Assembly: GCA_029262835.1 (NCBI GenBank)
Contig: JAJCYQ010000003.1
Span: 13,507-77,506 of the forward strand
Length of the DNA: 64,000 nucleotides
DNA from: Bacteroidota bacterium
GTDB taxonomy: Bacteria > Bacteroidota > Rhodothermia > Rhodothermales > UBA10348
Direction of reading: 5' to 3'
A program made the position numbers and the translations under genes. Below, one piece after another: positions 10,210 through 18,452 of this stretch; the stretch's first letter is position 1, and every line of letters begins with the position of its first letter. The notes below the pieces were generated by a model, which searched no databases, was not told the DNA's origin, and was given only the letters and a program-made list of their open reading frames with translations.

Positions 10210-10958
10210 CCAACCAGACCATCCTCGTTACCGGCGCGAGCCGCGGAATCGGCGCAGAAATCACGCGCCAGTTGCACGCCAGTGGCGCCCATGTGGCCCT
10301 GCACTACGGCCGTTCGGAAAAGGAGGCGCGTGCGCTTGCTGCCGAACTCGGGGACGGCCGCGTGACGCTGTTCCACGCCGATCTGGCCGATGCCTCAGAA
10401 GCAGGCTCCCTGTTCGAGGCCGTGGTGGGCCAGCTGGGTCCGGTTGCGGCGCTCGTAAACAACGCCGGTGTGGCCATCGAGAGTGAGCTTGACACATCGA
10501 CCGAAGACTGGGTCCGCGCGTGGGACCTGACGCACGACGTGAACCTGCGCGCGAGTGGCATCCTCTGCCGCGCGGCCATCCAGCACTGGCTGGGCACGGG
10601 GGCTCGCGGGCGCATCATCAACATTGCATCCCGCGCCGCTTTCCGGGGCGATACGAAGGACTACATCGCGTATGCTGCATCGAAAGGGGGCATGGTGTCC
10701 ATGACGCGCTCCATTGCGCGCGCCTGGGGCAAGCAGGGGATTGTGGCCTTCACGATCGCCCCCGGATGGGTCATGACGGACATGGCCAAGCAGTTCATTG
10801 CCCAGAACGGCGATGACGTGGTGCTGCGCGAGCTGGCCCTGGCCGAGCTCACCCAGCCCAAGGACGTCGCCCCGACCGTGGTTTTTCTGGCCAGCGGCCT
10901 CTCGGACCACGCCACGGGGTGTACCATAGACATCAACGCGGGAAGTTATGTCCACTGA
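10194..10958 (+). CDS. SDR family oxidoreductase
   Basis: TGASRGIG, NNAG, YAASK; overlaps both neighbouring genes. Confidence 0.9.
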   Translation: MHIDLTNQTILVTGASRGIGAEITRQLHASGAHVALHYGRSEKEARALAAELGDGRVTLFHADLADASEAGSLFEAVVGQLGPVAALVNNAGVAIESELDTSTEDWVRAWDLTHDVNLRASGILCRAAIQHWLGTGARGRIINIASRAAFRGDTKDYIAYAASKGGMVSMTRSIARAWGKQGIVAFTIAPGWVMTDMAKQFIAQNGDDVVLRELALAELTQPKDVAPTVVFLASGLSDHATGCTIDINAGSYVH

Positions 10959-12069
10959 TTTTGCGCATTTCCGCACGCCCGCTTCGCCCCCCGGCCATTC
11001 GCCGCCCGCGGTTTCCTCGCCGAAGGTGCTGAAGTTCGGCGGGACGAGCGTCGGCTCGGCGCCGGCGCTCAAGCAGCTCCTGGCGATAGTGGCCAGCGAA
11101 CCCGAACCGCCCGTCGTGGTTGTGTCGGCGCTTTCCGGCGTCACAAATGCATTGGAAGGACTGATTGATTCGGTTCTGGGTGATGCGCAACACGACTCTC
11201 AAGGTGGCACGCCATCTGTAGGCATTCTACTGGAGCAGGCTGTAGCACAGGGAGTAGATGCGCTCTGCTCGCGCCACCTGGACCTCGCCAGGGCCGTCCT
11301 GCCGGCCGATGCGCTCCGCGAGTACCACCAGATCCTCCGCATTGTACTCGGCCGCCTGGAGTTGCGGCTGGCGGAGATGATGGCGTTTGGGGGCACAGAA
11401 AGGACGTCTGCTGGCGCCGAAGATCACGCCGCAGACCGGGACGCGGTGCTGTCGGTTGGGGAGCGGCTTTCGGCACCGCTTATTTCCCTGGCGCTCGGCA
11501 CGCGCGGAGTCCCCTCCACGTGGGTCGACTCGCGCCACCTCATCCTCACCGACAACTCGCACGGCGCAGCCGTCGTGGACCTCGCGGCCACGGGCGTCGC
11601 CGTCCGCGCGTGGTATGCATTGCTCGCGCCCGGCGTCGTGCCCGTCGTGACCGGCTACATTGGCCGCTCGGTGACCGGGCGGACGACGACGCTGGGCCGA
11701 GGCGGAAGTGATTACAGTGCCGCGCTGGTTGCCGAGGCCCTTTCAGCCCGCAAACTCGACCGCTGGACCGACGTGGACGGCATCCACACTGCCAATCCGC
11801 GCCTCGATCCCTCGGCCCGCCGCTTCTCGTTCCTCCTGGCCGAAGATGCCAGCACCTGGAACGCCGCCAAAGCCCTCGGCATGCACGAGCAGGCCTTCGA
11901 CCCCGTGGTCCGCGGATGCATTCCGGTGCACGTCCGCAGCACGCTCCACCCCCACGGCGACGGCACCCTCATCCTCCCCCGCGCCCTCCCCGACCGTATT
12001 GGCCGCGACGCGCACCTCCTGAAGCACGGCACGCCTGCTGGATCGCCGGCCGCTGCTTCTACCCTTTGA
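10948..12069 (+). CDS. aspartate kinase, catalytic domain only (no ACT or homoserine dehydrogenase domain)
   Basis: KFGGTSV, VVSA, TTLGRGGSDYSA, WTDVDGI; ORF ends shortly after GTLI. Confidence 0.85.
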   Translation: MSTDFAHFRTPASPPGHSPPAVSSPKVLKFGGTSVGSAPALKQLLAIVASEPEPPVVVVSALSGVTNALEGLIDSVLGDAQHDSQGGTPSVGILLEQAVAQGVDALCSRHLDLARAVLPADALREYHQILRIVLGRLELRLAEMMAFGGTERTSAGAEDHAADRDAVLSVGERLSAPLISLALGTRGVPSTWVDSRHLILTDNSHGAAVVDLAATGVAVRAWYALLAPGVVPVVTGYIGRSVTGRTTTLGRGGSDYSAALVAEALSARKLDRWTDVDGIHTANPRLDPSARRFSFLLAEDASTWNAAKALGMHEQAFDPVVRGCIPVHVRSTLHPHGDGTLILPRALPDRIGRDAHLLKHGTPAGSPAAASTL

Positions 12070-12077
12070 AGAGACCC

Positions 12078-13358
12078 GTGAAAATCAATCCATCTTTTGA
12101 TCCGAAAAACCCGGACTCCCCGAAACTCCGTGTGTGCATTCTCGGGGCGACTGGCGCCGTCGGCCAGCGCTTCATTAAACTCCTCGAGCACCACCCGTGG
12201 TTCGAAGTCACCGCCGTCGCCGCCTCCGAACGCAGCGCCGGCCGCCCCTATCGCGATGCCGTCGACTGGCTCGGCCACCACCCCATCCCCCCGGCCGTCG
12301 CCGATATGACCGTCGGCACCTGCGTGCCACCCCCTCACTCAACCCCGAGCATCCCCAGCGATTCACACAACCCAGCAACCCCTGCCGACCAAGCCTCGCA
12401 ATCGCGCCCGTTTGATCTGGTCTTCTCTGGCCTCGATTCCTCCGTCGCCGAAGAAGTTGAATCCGCCTTGGCCGCCGCCGGATACCCGGTCATCTCGAAC
12501 GCCAAGAACCACCGGATGTACCCCGACGTGCCCCTCCTCGTCCCGGAGGTCAACCCCGATCATCTGGCGCTGATCGACCAACAATGTAGGGTCGAAGACG
12601 TCAACTCGACTCAGTCGAAACACTTCTCAGGTAGCGCTTCAGCAGTAGACACCGGGTCGAAAGGATTCATTGTTACCAATCCAAACTGCGCCACCGTGGG
12701 CCTCGTCTTGGCCCTCAAACCCCTGCACGATGCGTTCGGCGTTGAATCTGTCCTCGTCACGACCATGCAGGCCATATCCGGCGCCGGATACCCTGGCGTC
12801 CCGGCGCTTGACATCCTCGGCAACATCATTCCCCACATTGGTGGCGAAGAAGACAAGCTTGAAACCGAACCCCTGAAGATCCTCGGCCGACTCAGGAATC
12901 CAGATCGTGCCGAATACGAATCCAGTCAGACTGACAACGGAGGGTCCAGCCGTACACAACCCCTCGAAATCGCCCCAGCCAATATTGCGGTTAGCGCCAG
13001 CGTGAACCGGGTCCCGGTTGTTGACGGTCACCTGGAGAGCGTCTCGGTGCGCCTGACCGGCTCGCCATCTCCCGAAGCCGTCGCTGACGTCCTTCGCCAT
13101 TGGCGCGCGCCGGACGTCGTCCGCTCCCTACCGTCATCTCCCGAAAAGCCCCTCGAAGTATTCGACGACCCCTCCTTCCCGCAACCGGCGCGCCACGCAG
13201 GCCTCGGCCGCGGCATGACGGTATCCATAGGCAAAATCCGCGCCTGCCCCGTGCTCGGCATCAAGTTCAACATTTTGTCGCACAACACGATACGAGGGGC
13301 CGCCGGAGGTGCTGTCCTGTGCGCCGAGCTGCTGGTGCGCCAGAACGTTGTACCGTAA
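12078..13358 (+). CDS. asd: aspartate-semialdehyde dehydrogenase (archaeal/fungal-type)
   Basis: ILGATGAVGQRF, TNPNC catalytic Cys, QAISGAGYPGV, RVPVVDGH, HNTIRGAAG; GTG start 12078. Confidence 0.92.
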   Translation: MKINPSFDPKNPDSPKLRVCILGATGAVGQRFIKLLEHHPWFEVTAVAASERSAGRPYRDAVDWLGHHPIPPAVADMTVGTCVPPPHSTPSIPSDSHNPATPADQASQSRPFDLVFSGLDSSVAEEVESALAAAGYPVISNAKNHRMYPDVPLLVPEVNPDHLALIDQQCRVEDVNSTQSKHFSGSASAVDTGSKGFIVTNPNCATVGLVLALKPLHDAFGVESVLVTTMQAISGAGYPGVPALDILGNIIPHIGGEEDKLETEPLKILGRLRNPDRAEYESSQTDNGGSSRTQPLEIAPANIAVSASVNRVPVVDGHLESVSVRLTGSPSPEAVADVLRHWRAPDVVRSLPSSPEKPLEVFDDPSFPQPARHAGLGRGMTVSIGKIRACPVLGIKFNILSHNTIRGAAGGAVLCAELLVRQNVVP

Positions 13359-13377
13359 AGTCCAAAAAAATGAACAC

Positions 13378-14544
13378 ATGAAAAACGTCATCACCTGTTG
13401 CTGCGCTACCGTTCTGTTCTCTGTTCTGTTGTCCTCGTGCTCGTACGTGGCGAACGTGCGCCTGCTGACCGGGGGGGAAATCCGGCGGACCAACTACGTG
13501 GAGGTCATCCCCTTTGAGTACCGGAAGGATCTGATTGTTGTCCAGGCCCGCCTCAATGGCGACATGCAGGAGAGGGAATTTATTCTCGATACGGGGGCGT
13601 TCGACAGCAAGGTGGAGAAAGAACTCGCCGACCGGCTCGCGCTGGACGTGATAGCCCGGAAGACCAACAGCACGGCGCAAGGCATCAGTCAGAGCATTGA
13701 AGTCGTCCGGATTGATTCGGTCGGGCTGGGGGAAACGACGGCGTACGATATCGGCGCGGGCAAATTGACGTATGCACCGTCATCGGCCAGTCAGTGTATT
13801 GCCGCAGATGGAATCATTGGCGCCAATCTCATGAAATTGGCCCACTGGAAAATCGACTACGAGTCGAAAAAGCTTCATTTTTCCGACGGGGCCTTTGAAG
13901 CAGGCAGCGGTGCGCATTCCGTGTCGTTCGACCGGCCCATGCTGTCGGGGACGCCCAGCATCGACATTGAAATTGATGGTGTGGATGTGGACGATGTCCT
14001 GTTCGATGTGGGCTACAATGGCGGCCTGGTGCTGCCTATGTCACTCGCGGATCGCTTCGACAGCCCCACCGTGATGACGGTCCTCGACAAATCAACATCC
14101 GGCATTTTCGGAACCCGGGAAGACTCCCTGCTGGTCAAGGAATTGACGGTGCGCCTGGGCGAGGACCGGATACGCGTCCCGGTGTCTTTCTCGTCCGTCG
14201 GCAAAGGCTTGCTGGGGAATGATTTCCTGGAGCACTTCGAGGTCATCATCAACTACGATACCAAAACCATCCATCTGGATCGGCGGGAAGATGTCCATGT
14301 CGTCGCGCCCCGCAACTTCATGGTGGCCAGCGAGGGCGATTCGCTCTGGGTCGTCAACAGGACGACGCGTGACCTGGGTCTGGCGCTCGGCGACACGTTG
14401 CGGTCGGTCAACGGCAAGACGCCCGTTGATCTGTTCTCGTCGTTTTGCGACTACTTCATGAACGTGGACCGACTCTTCGATGCCGACGACTTGGTTGTCG
14501 AGCGCATGGACGGCACGACGCTCTCCATCACCGATAAGGAGTAG
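13378..14544 (+). CDS. retropepsin-like aspartyl protease lipoprotein (two protease lobes, PDZ-like tail)
   Basis: Lipobox LSSC; FILDTGA, DGIIG; second lobe LFDVG...GLLGNDFL; GD..SVNG PDZ-like end. Confidence 0.8.
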   Translation: MKNVITCCCATVLFSVLLSSCSYVANVRLLTGGEIRRTNYVEVIPFEYRKDLIVVQARLNGDMQEREFILDTGAFDSKVEKELADRLALDVIARKTNSTAQGISQSIEVVRIDSVGLGETTAYDIGAGKLTYAPSSASQCIAADGIIGANLMKLAHWKIDYESKKLHFSDGAFEAGSGAHSVSFDRPMLSGTPSIDIEIDGVDVDDVLFDVGYNGGLVLPMSLADRFDSPTVMTVLDKSTSGIFGTREDSLLVKELTVRLGEDRIRVPVSFSSVGKGLLGNDFLEHFEVIINYDTKTIHLDRREDVHVVAPRNFMVASEGDSLWVVNRTTRDLGLALGDTLRSVNGKTPVDLFSSFCDYFMNVDRLFDADDLVVERMDGTTLSITDKE

Positions 14545-14564
14545 TTGGTGAGAGATGAAACCCG

Positions 14565-14590
14565 AATGTTATTACGTAAGTATACACATT
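14565..14590. promoter_or_regulatory. imperfect palindrome, candidate TA autoregulatory operator
   Basis: AATGTTATTACGTAAGTATACACATT, AT-rich, ~25 nt upstream of the AbrB start. Confidence 0.45.
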
Positions 14591-14614
14591 CGTTTCATCA
14601 AAACGCACCAGGTC

Positions 14615-14842
14615 ATGCACAAGGAAACCACCATACGCCAGGTCGGAAATTCGCTGGGGACGACGTTCCCGAAGGAGATGCTTGATCGCATGCATCTGGG
14701 GAAAGGAGATACCATATATATCGTCGAGACCGCAAACGGGTTATTGCTGACGCCCTTCGATCCGGAATTCAGTAAGGCGATGGAGGTGTACGAGAAGGGA
14801 GCCGCCAAATATCGCAATGCGCTCAGGGAGCTCGCCAAATGA
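14615..14842 (+). CDS. AbrB/MazE-family antitoxin
   Basis: IRQVGNSLGTTFPKEML...GD.IYIVE; C-terminus YRNALRELAK typical of Doc-linked AbrB antitoxins. Confidence 0.88.
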   Translation: MHKETTIRQVGNSLGTTFPKEMLDRMHLGKGDTIYIVETANGLLLTPFDPEFSKAMEVYEKGAAKYRNALRELAK

Positions 14843-15255
14843 CGGCTCGAAGGGATCTGTCCATCCGCGGCGAGGAGCCGGTGTGGCTCTCGAGGACGCT
14901 ACTCGACGTCGTACACGCCGACCTGATTGCCCAGCACGGTGGCTCGACGGGGGTCCGTGATGATGGACTGATTGAATCGGCATTGGCACGGCCTCAGAAC
15001 ACACTGGCCTACGGTGGCGCTGTGGACCTGGCCGCTCTGGCTGCGGCCTACGCCGTAGGACTCGCTAAGAACCACGGTTATATTGACGGCAACAAACGCA
15101 TAGCCTTCATGGCGATGTACGTTTTTCTCGGAATCAATGGTGTCGAGCTCGATGCTCCGGAGCCGGAGGTGGTTCGAATCATGACGGACGTGGCCACGGG
15201 CGCCGTTGGAGAGGCGGAGATGGCCGTGTGGATTCGGGAGAATGCTCCGTCGTGA
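14839..15255 (+). CDS. death-on-curing (Doc/Fic) family toxin
   Basis: HGG..GVRD.GLIESALARP; HGYIDGNKR Fic motif; ATGA overlap with the antitoxin. Confidence 0.9.
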   Translation: MTARRDLSIRGEEPVWLSRTLLDVVHADLIAQHGGSTGVRDDGLIESALARPQNTLAYGGAVDLAALAAAYAVGLAKNHGYIDGNKRIAFMAMYVFLGINGVELDAPEPEVVRIMTDVATGAVGEAEMAVWIRENAPS

Positions 15256-15339
15256 GGATAAGTGACAGAGGCGTTCAATTTCGACAAGACTCAGGTAACC
15301 CAAATGGTGAGAACGCAGGCATCGATCAAGCTGACCAGG

Positions 15340-15734
15340 ATCAATTCCCTGGACGGCAGTTACCTGCATTGCTCCAAGCGATTGTCGGATGCCGGACCGT
15401 CAGATTACATCTGGTTCGATTACGACCATCGAGAGACCTGTATCTGAAAACGGAGTGCAAGGAATACCTGGATGCATTGGCACGCACCGCTCAGGCAATC
15501 AGGGGATTTGAATCGCCATTGGCCATGGAGGCATTGGCTACGGCTGATTGGCTTGTGAATCGACAGCACACCCCGCCCAACCTCTCGGATGTCAGGAAAG
15601 GAATAGCGGAGTGGATGCCGAGCGATCCATCCGCAGGCGTGCGCAAACTTCGAATCTTCGAAGACCGATTACTGGCGTCGGCACTTGGGCAAATTAAAGA
15701 ACACATGCCCGACATGGCGTCGAGTACTGCTTGA
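15340..15734 (+). pseudogene. C-terminal remnant of a DarG-like macro-domain antitoxin, frameshifted
   Basis: NSLDGSYLHCSKRLSDAGPSDYIWFD in one frame continues after a shift near 15435 as YLKTECKEYLDAL..IRGFESPLAMEALATADWL..RKLRIFEDR, resembling DarG C-terminal domains. No macro domain present. Confidence 0.65.
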
Positions 15735-15945
15735 TCTGCCGCTCAAGGACGGCCGCTCAATCCCCTTACAGTTCGGTTCCGCGCTTGTAGTACGCGAAGT
15801 GGCCGTCGGGGTGCTCGTGCTCGTCCGAGATGATCATCTGTTCCGACGCATCAGGCTGGTCTCCCCGGTTTCCATCCTATTTGGGTGTGCTATTCTGTAT
15901 TCTGTGCTTTGACAGAACCCACGAAGAGGTGAGGAAGGTAGAACG

Positions 15946-16920
15946 ATGAAAGCAGTAGTATTGAACACGTATGGGCCGCCGGCTGGCCTCCAGATCAAGG
16001 ACGTGGCCAGGCCGGTTCCGAAGGCCCGGGAAGTGCTGGTGAAGGTGCGCGCCGCATCCATCAATGATTGGGATTGGGGGCTTGTCAGGGGCACACCGTT
16101 CGTTATCCGTCTCATCCACGGTCTGCGCAGGCCGCGAATCCGTATTCCCGGGGTGGACATCTCCGGCAGCGTAGAGGCCGTGGGGGGCGAAGTGACGTCC
16201 TGCATGGTCGGCGACGAGGTGTACGGCGATCTGTCGGATTCCGGCTTCGGCGGGTTTGCCGAATATGTCTGCGTACCGGAACGCGCGCTGGCCAAAAAGC
16301 CGGCGAACATGAGCCATGTGGATGCCGCAACCCTGCCCCATGCCGGATTGCTCGCGCTTCAGGGACTCGTGGCCAAGGGGAAGGTGACAGCCGGACAGAG
16401 CGTGCTTATCAACGGCGCCGGGGGTGGGGTCGGGACGTTGGGCATCCAGATCCTGAAATCATTCGGGGTGACCGTCGCGGGCGTGGACAGCGCGGAGAAA
16501 TTGGATATGATGCGGTCGATGGGATTCGATACCGTGATGGACTATCGATCGGTGGATTTTACCCGGACCGGAAAGCAATACGATCTCATTCTCGATGCCA
16601 AATCGAACCGGAGCGTGTTCAAGTATGCGCGCTCGCTCAAGAAGCATGGTACGTATGTCACCGTTGGCGGATCGTTGCCCCGGTTATTCGAAATCCTGGT
16701 GGTCGGTTCGTTGATTTCACTGTTCACCAGCAAGAGACTGCTGGTGCTTGGTCTTCAGCCTAATCGCGGATTGGACCGGCTGTCTGAACTCGCCGAAAAA
16801 GGGCAGTTGAAGCCGGTGGTCGATGGTCCGTACGGGATCGATGACATCCCCCGGTTGATCCAGTATTTCGGGGACGGTCGGCACCTGGGGAAGATTGTTA
16901 TCGACATGGACGGGAACTGA
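15946..16920 (+). CDS. NAD(P)-dependent alcohol dehydrogenase / quinone oxidoreductase (MDR family)
   Basis: EVLVKVRAASIN, PGVDISG.V..VG, GGFAEY, VLINGAGGGVG, GKIVI. Confidence 0.9.
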   Translation: MKAVVLNTYGPPAGLQIKDVARPVPKAREVLVKVRAASINDWDWGLVRGTPFVIRLIHGLRRPRIRIPGVDISGSVEAVGGEVTSCMVGDEVYGDLSDSGFGGFAEYVCVPERALAKKPANMSHVDAATLPHAGLLALQGLVAKGKVTAGQSVLINGAGGGVGTLGIQILKSFGVTVAGVDSAEKLDMMRSMGFDTVMDYRSVDFTRTGKQYDLILDAKSNRSVFKYARSLKKHGTYVTVGGSLPRLFEILVVGSLISLFTSKRLLVLGLQPNRGLDRLSELAEKGQLKPVVDGPYGIDDIPRLIQYFGDGRHLGKIVIDMDGN

Positions 16921-16930
16921 GGTGCGCAGT

Positions 16931-17061
16931 CCAGTCGCAGACGACCAGCAGCGCCTCGTCCGACTCGGCCAGGAACCGGAAACGGCCGGTAAGCTCCGCT
17001 CGAATTTCAGCCACTCCGACGAGGACGGTCATCTCGTATGGGTGAATGGACGACACGCGGA
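16931..17061 (-). pseudogene. 131-bp remnant of a second rsgA 5' end (diverged repeat of 23810..23940)
   Basis: Ungapped alignment with the rsgA 5' segment; translates VRVSSIHPYEMTVLVGVAEIRAELTGRFRFLAESDEALLVVCDW. Confidence 0.85.
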
Positions 17062-17462
17062 CACACCAGAAGATAACCATTGTCAAACCTGTGCTCCGCA
17101 TACACCATGTACGTTAACATGATGGCCCGACAATGAGTGAAATGACAAACGTGAGACGTTTTGGGGGATCGCTCGGAATCATTATTCCCAAAGCCGTTGC
17201 CGAGGCCATGGAAGACGCGAGGGCGATCGAGCGTACGCATCGGGACGTGTTCCGCGAGTTGTCGAAATGACAGGCGTGCGCTGTCGGACCCGGCGGCAGA
17301 ATACGGTGCGGGATTTGCCAAAAATCATCCCTTCTGGTGCCACGTGCGTAGCTCTCGTCACGGATGGCTCCTCCCAAGCCCAGGATCGTTACGGATCTGC
17401 GCTATAGACCGCGTACGTTCGTATCGTGTACGTCCTGATCGGTCATCCAAACAGCAGCAGCT

Positions 17463-18452
17463 ATGAACTATATCGCCCACCGCGCCGTCCTGGCCAGCGC
17501 CCAACGTGCTTTTCCTGTTTTCACTTTGCGCACCTTTCTGACAGTTGCGCTGCTTTTTCCGTTGGCGCACGTCAGCGCGGAACGTTCCGAAGCTCGGCAG
17601 GCCGCCACAAGACAGGCCGCCCCAAGCGCAGCCGCCGACCCGCTCCGCATTTTCATCTCCGTCGACATGGAAGGTATTGGCGGGATCGGCACGAACAAGA
17701 TGGTTTCCTCCTCCGGAAAGGACTACGCGACGGGGCGACGCCTCATGACCGATGAGGTAAATACCGTCGTGGGGGCCATTTTTGAGCACGGCCCGGCCGA
17801 AATCCTCGTCAACGATTCGCATGGGGACATGCAGAACCTCCTGCACACGGAGCTCGACCCGCGGGTCGCCTACATCCAGGGCAACACAAAACCCCTCGGC
17901 ATGGTGCAGGGACTCGACAATACGTTCGATGCGGCCATTTTCATTGGATACCACAGCCGGGCGGGCACAGAAGGTGGCTTTCTGGCGCACACGGGATCGG
18001 GCGCCGTGAAGGGGCTTTGGATCAACGGCACGGAAGTCGGCGAGGGCGGTATGAACGCATTTTACGCCGGAAGCATGGGCGTACCGGTTATCCTGGCGAG
18101 CGGAGACCGGGTCTTTGCCGAGCAGTTCGCGGCGCTCACGGGGAGCAGCACGGTAGCTGTCAAGGAGGCCGTTGCCTACCAGGTGGCGCGGCTCACGCAC
18201 CCGGACGAGGTGCGCCGGCGCCTGGCCGAGGCTACGCGCGAAGCGCTCGCTGGCCTCGAGACCGCCCGCCCGCTGGAGGTCACGACACCTGTCACCGTCG
18301 AAATGAAATTCGCCACGACGGCGCGCGCAGAAATTCTCCAGGCCATTCCGGACATGCAGCGCGTCGACGGGTACACGGTCGCCTACACCGCGCGCACCAT
18401 GGACGAAGCGTACCGGCTCATTCGTCTCATGTACAAATACATCAGTTGGTAG
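17463..18452 (+). CDS. M55 family D-aminopeptidase (DppA-like), with signal peptide
   Basis: ISVDMEGI, VNDSHG, GYHSRAG, LAHT. Confidence 0.9.
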   Translation: MNYIAHRAVLASAQRAFPVFTLRTFLTVALLFPLAHVSAERSEARQAATRQAAPSAAADPLRIFISVDMEGIGGIGTNKMVSSSGKDYATGRRLMTDEVNTVVGAIFEHGPAEILVNDSHGDMQNLLHTELDPRVAYIQGNTKPLGMVQGLDNTFDAAIFIGYHSRAGTEGGFLAHTGSGAVKGLWINGTEVGEGGMNAFYAGSMGVPVILASGDRVFAEQFAALTGSSTVAVKEAVAYQVARLTHPDEVRRRLAEATREALAGLETARPLEVTTPVTVEMKFATTARAEILQAIPDMQRVDGYTVAYTARTMDEAYRLIRLMYKYISW

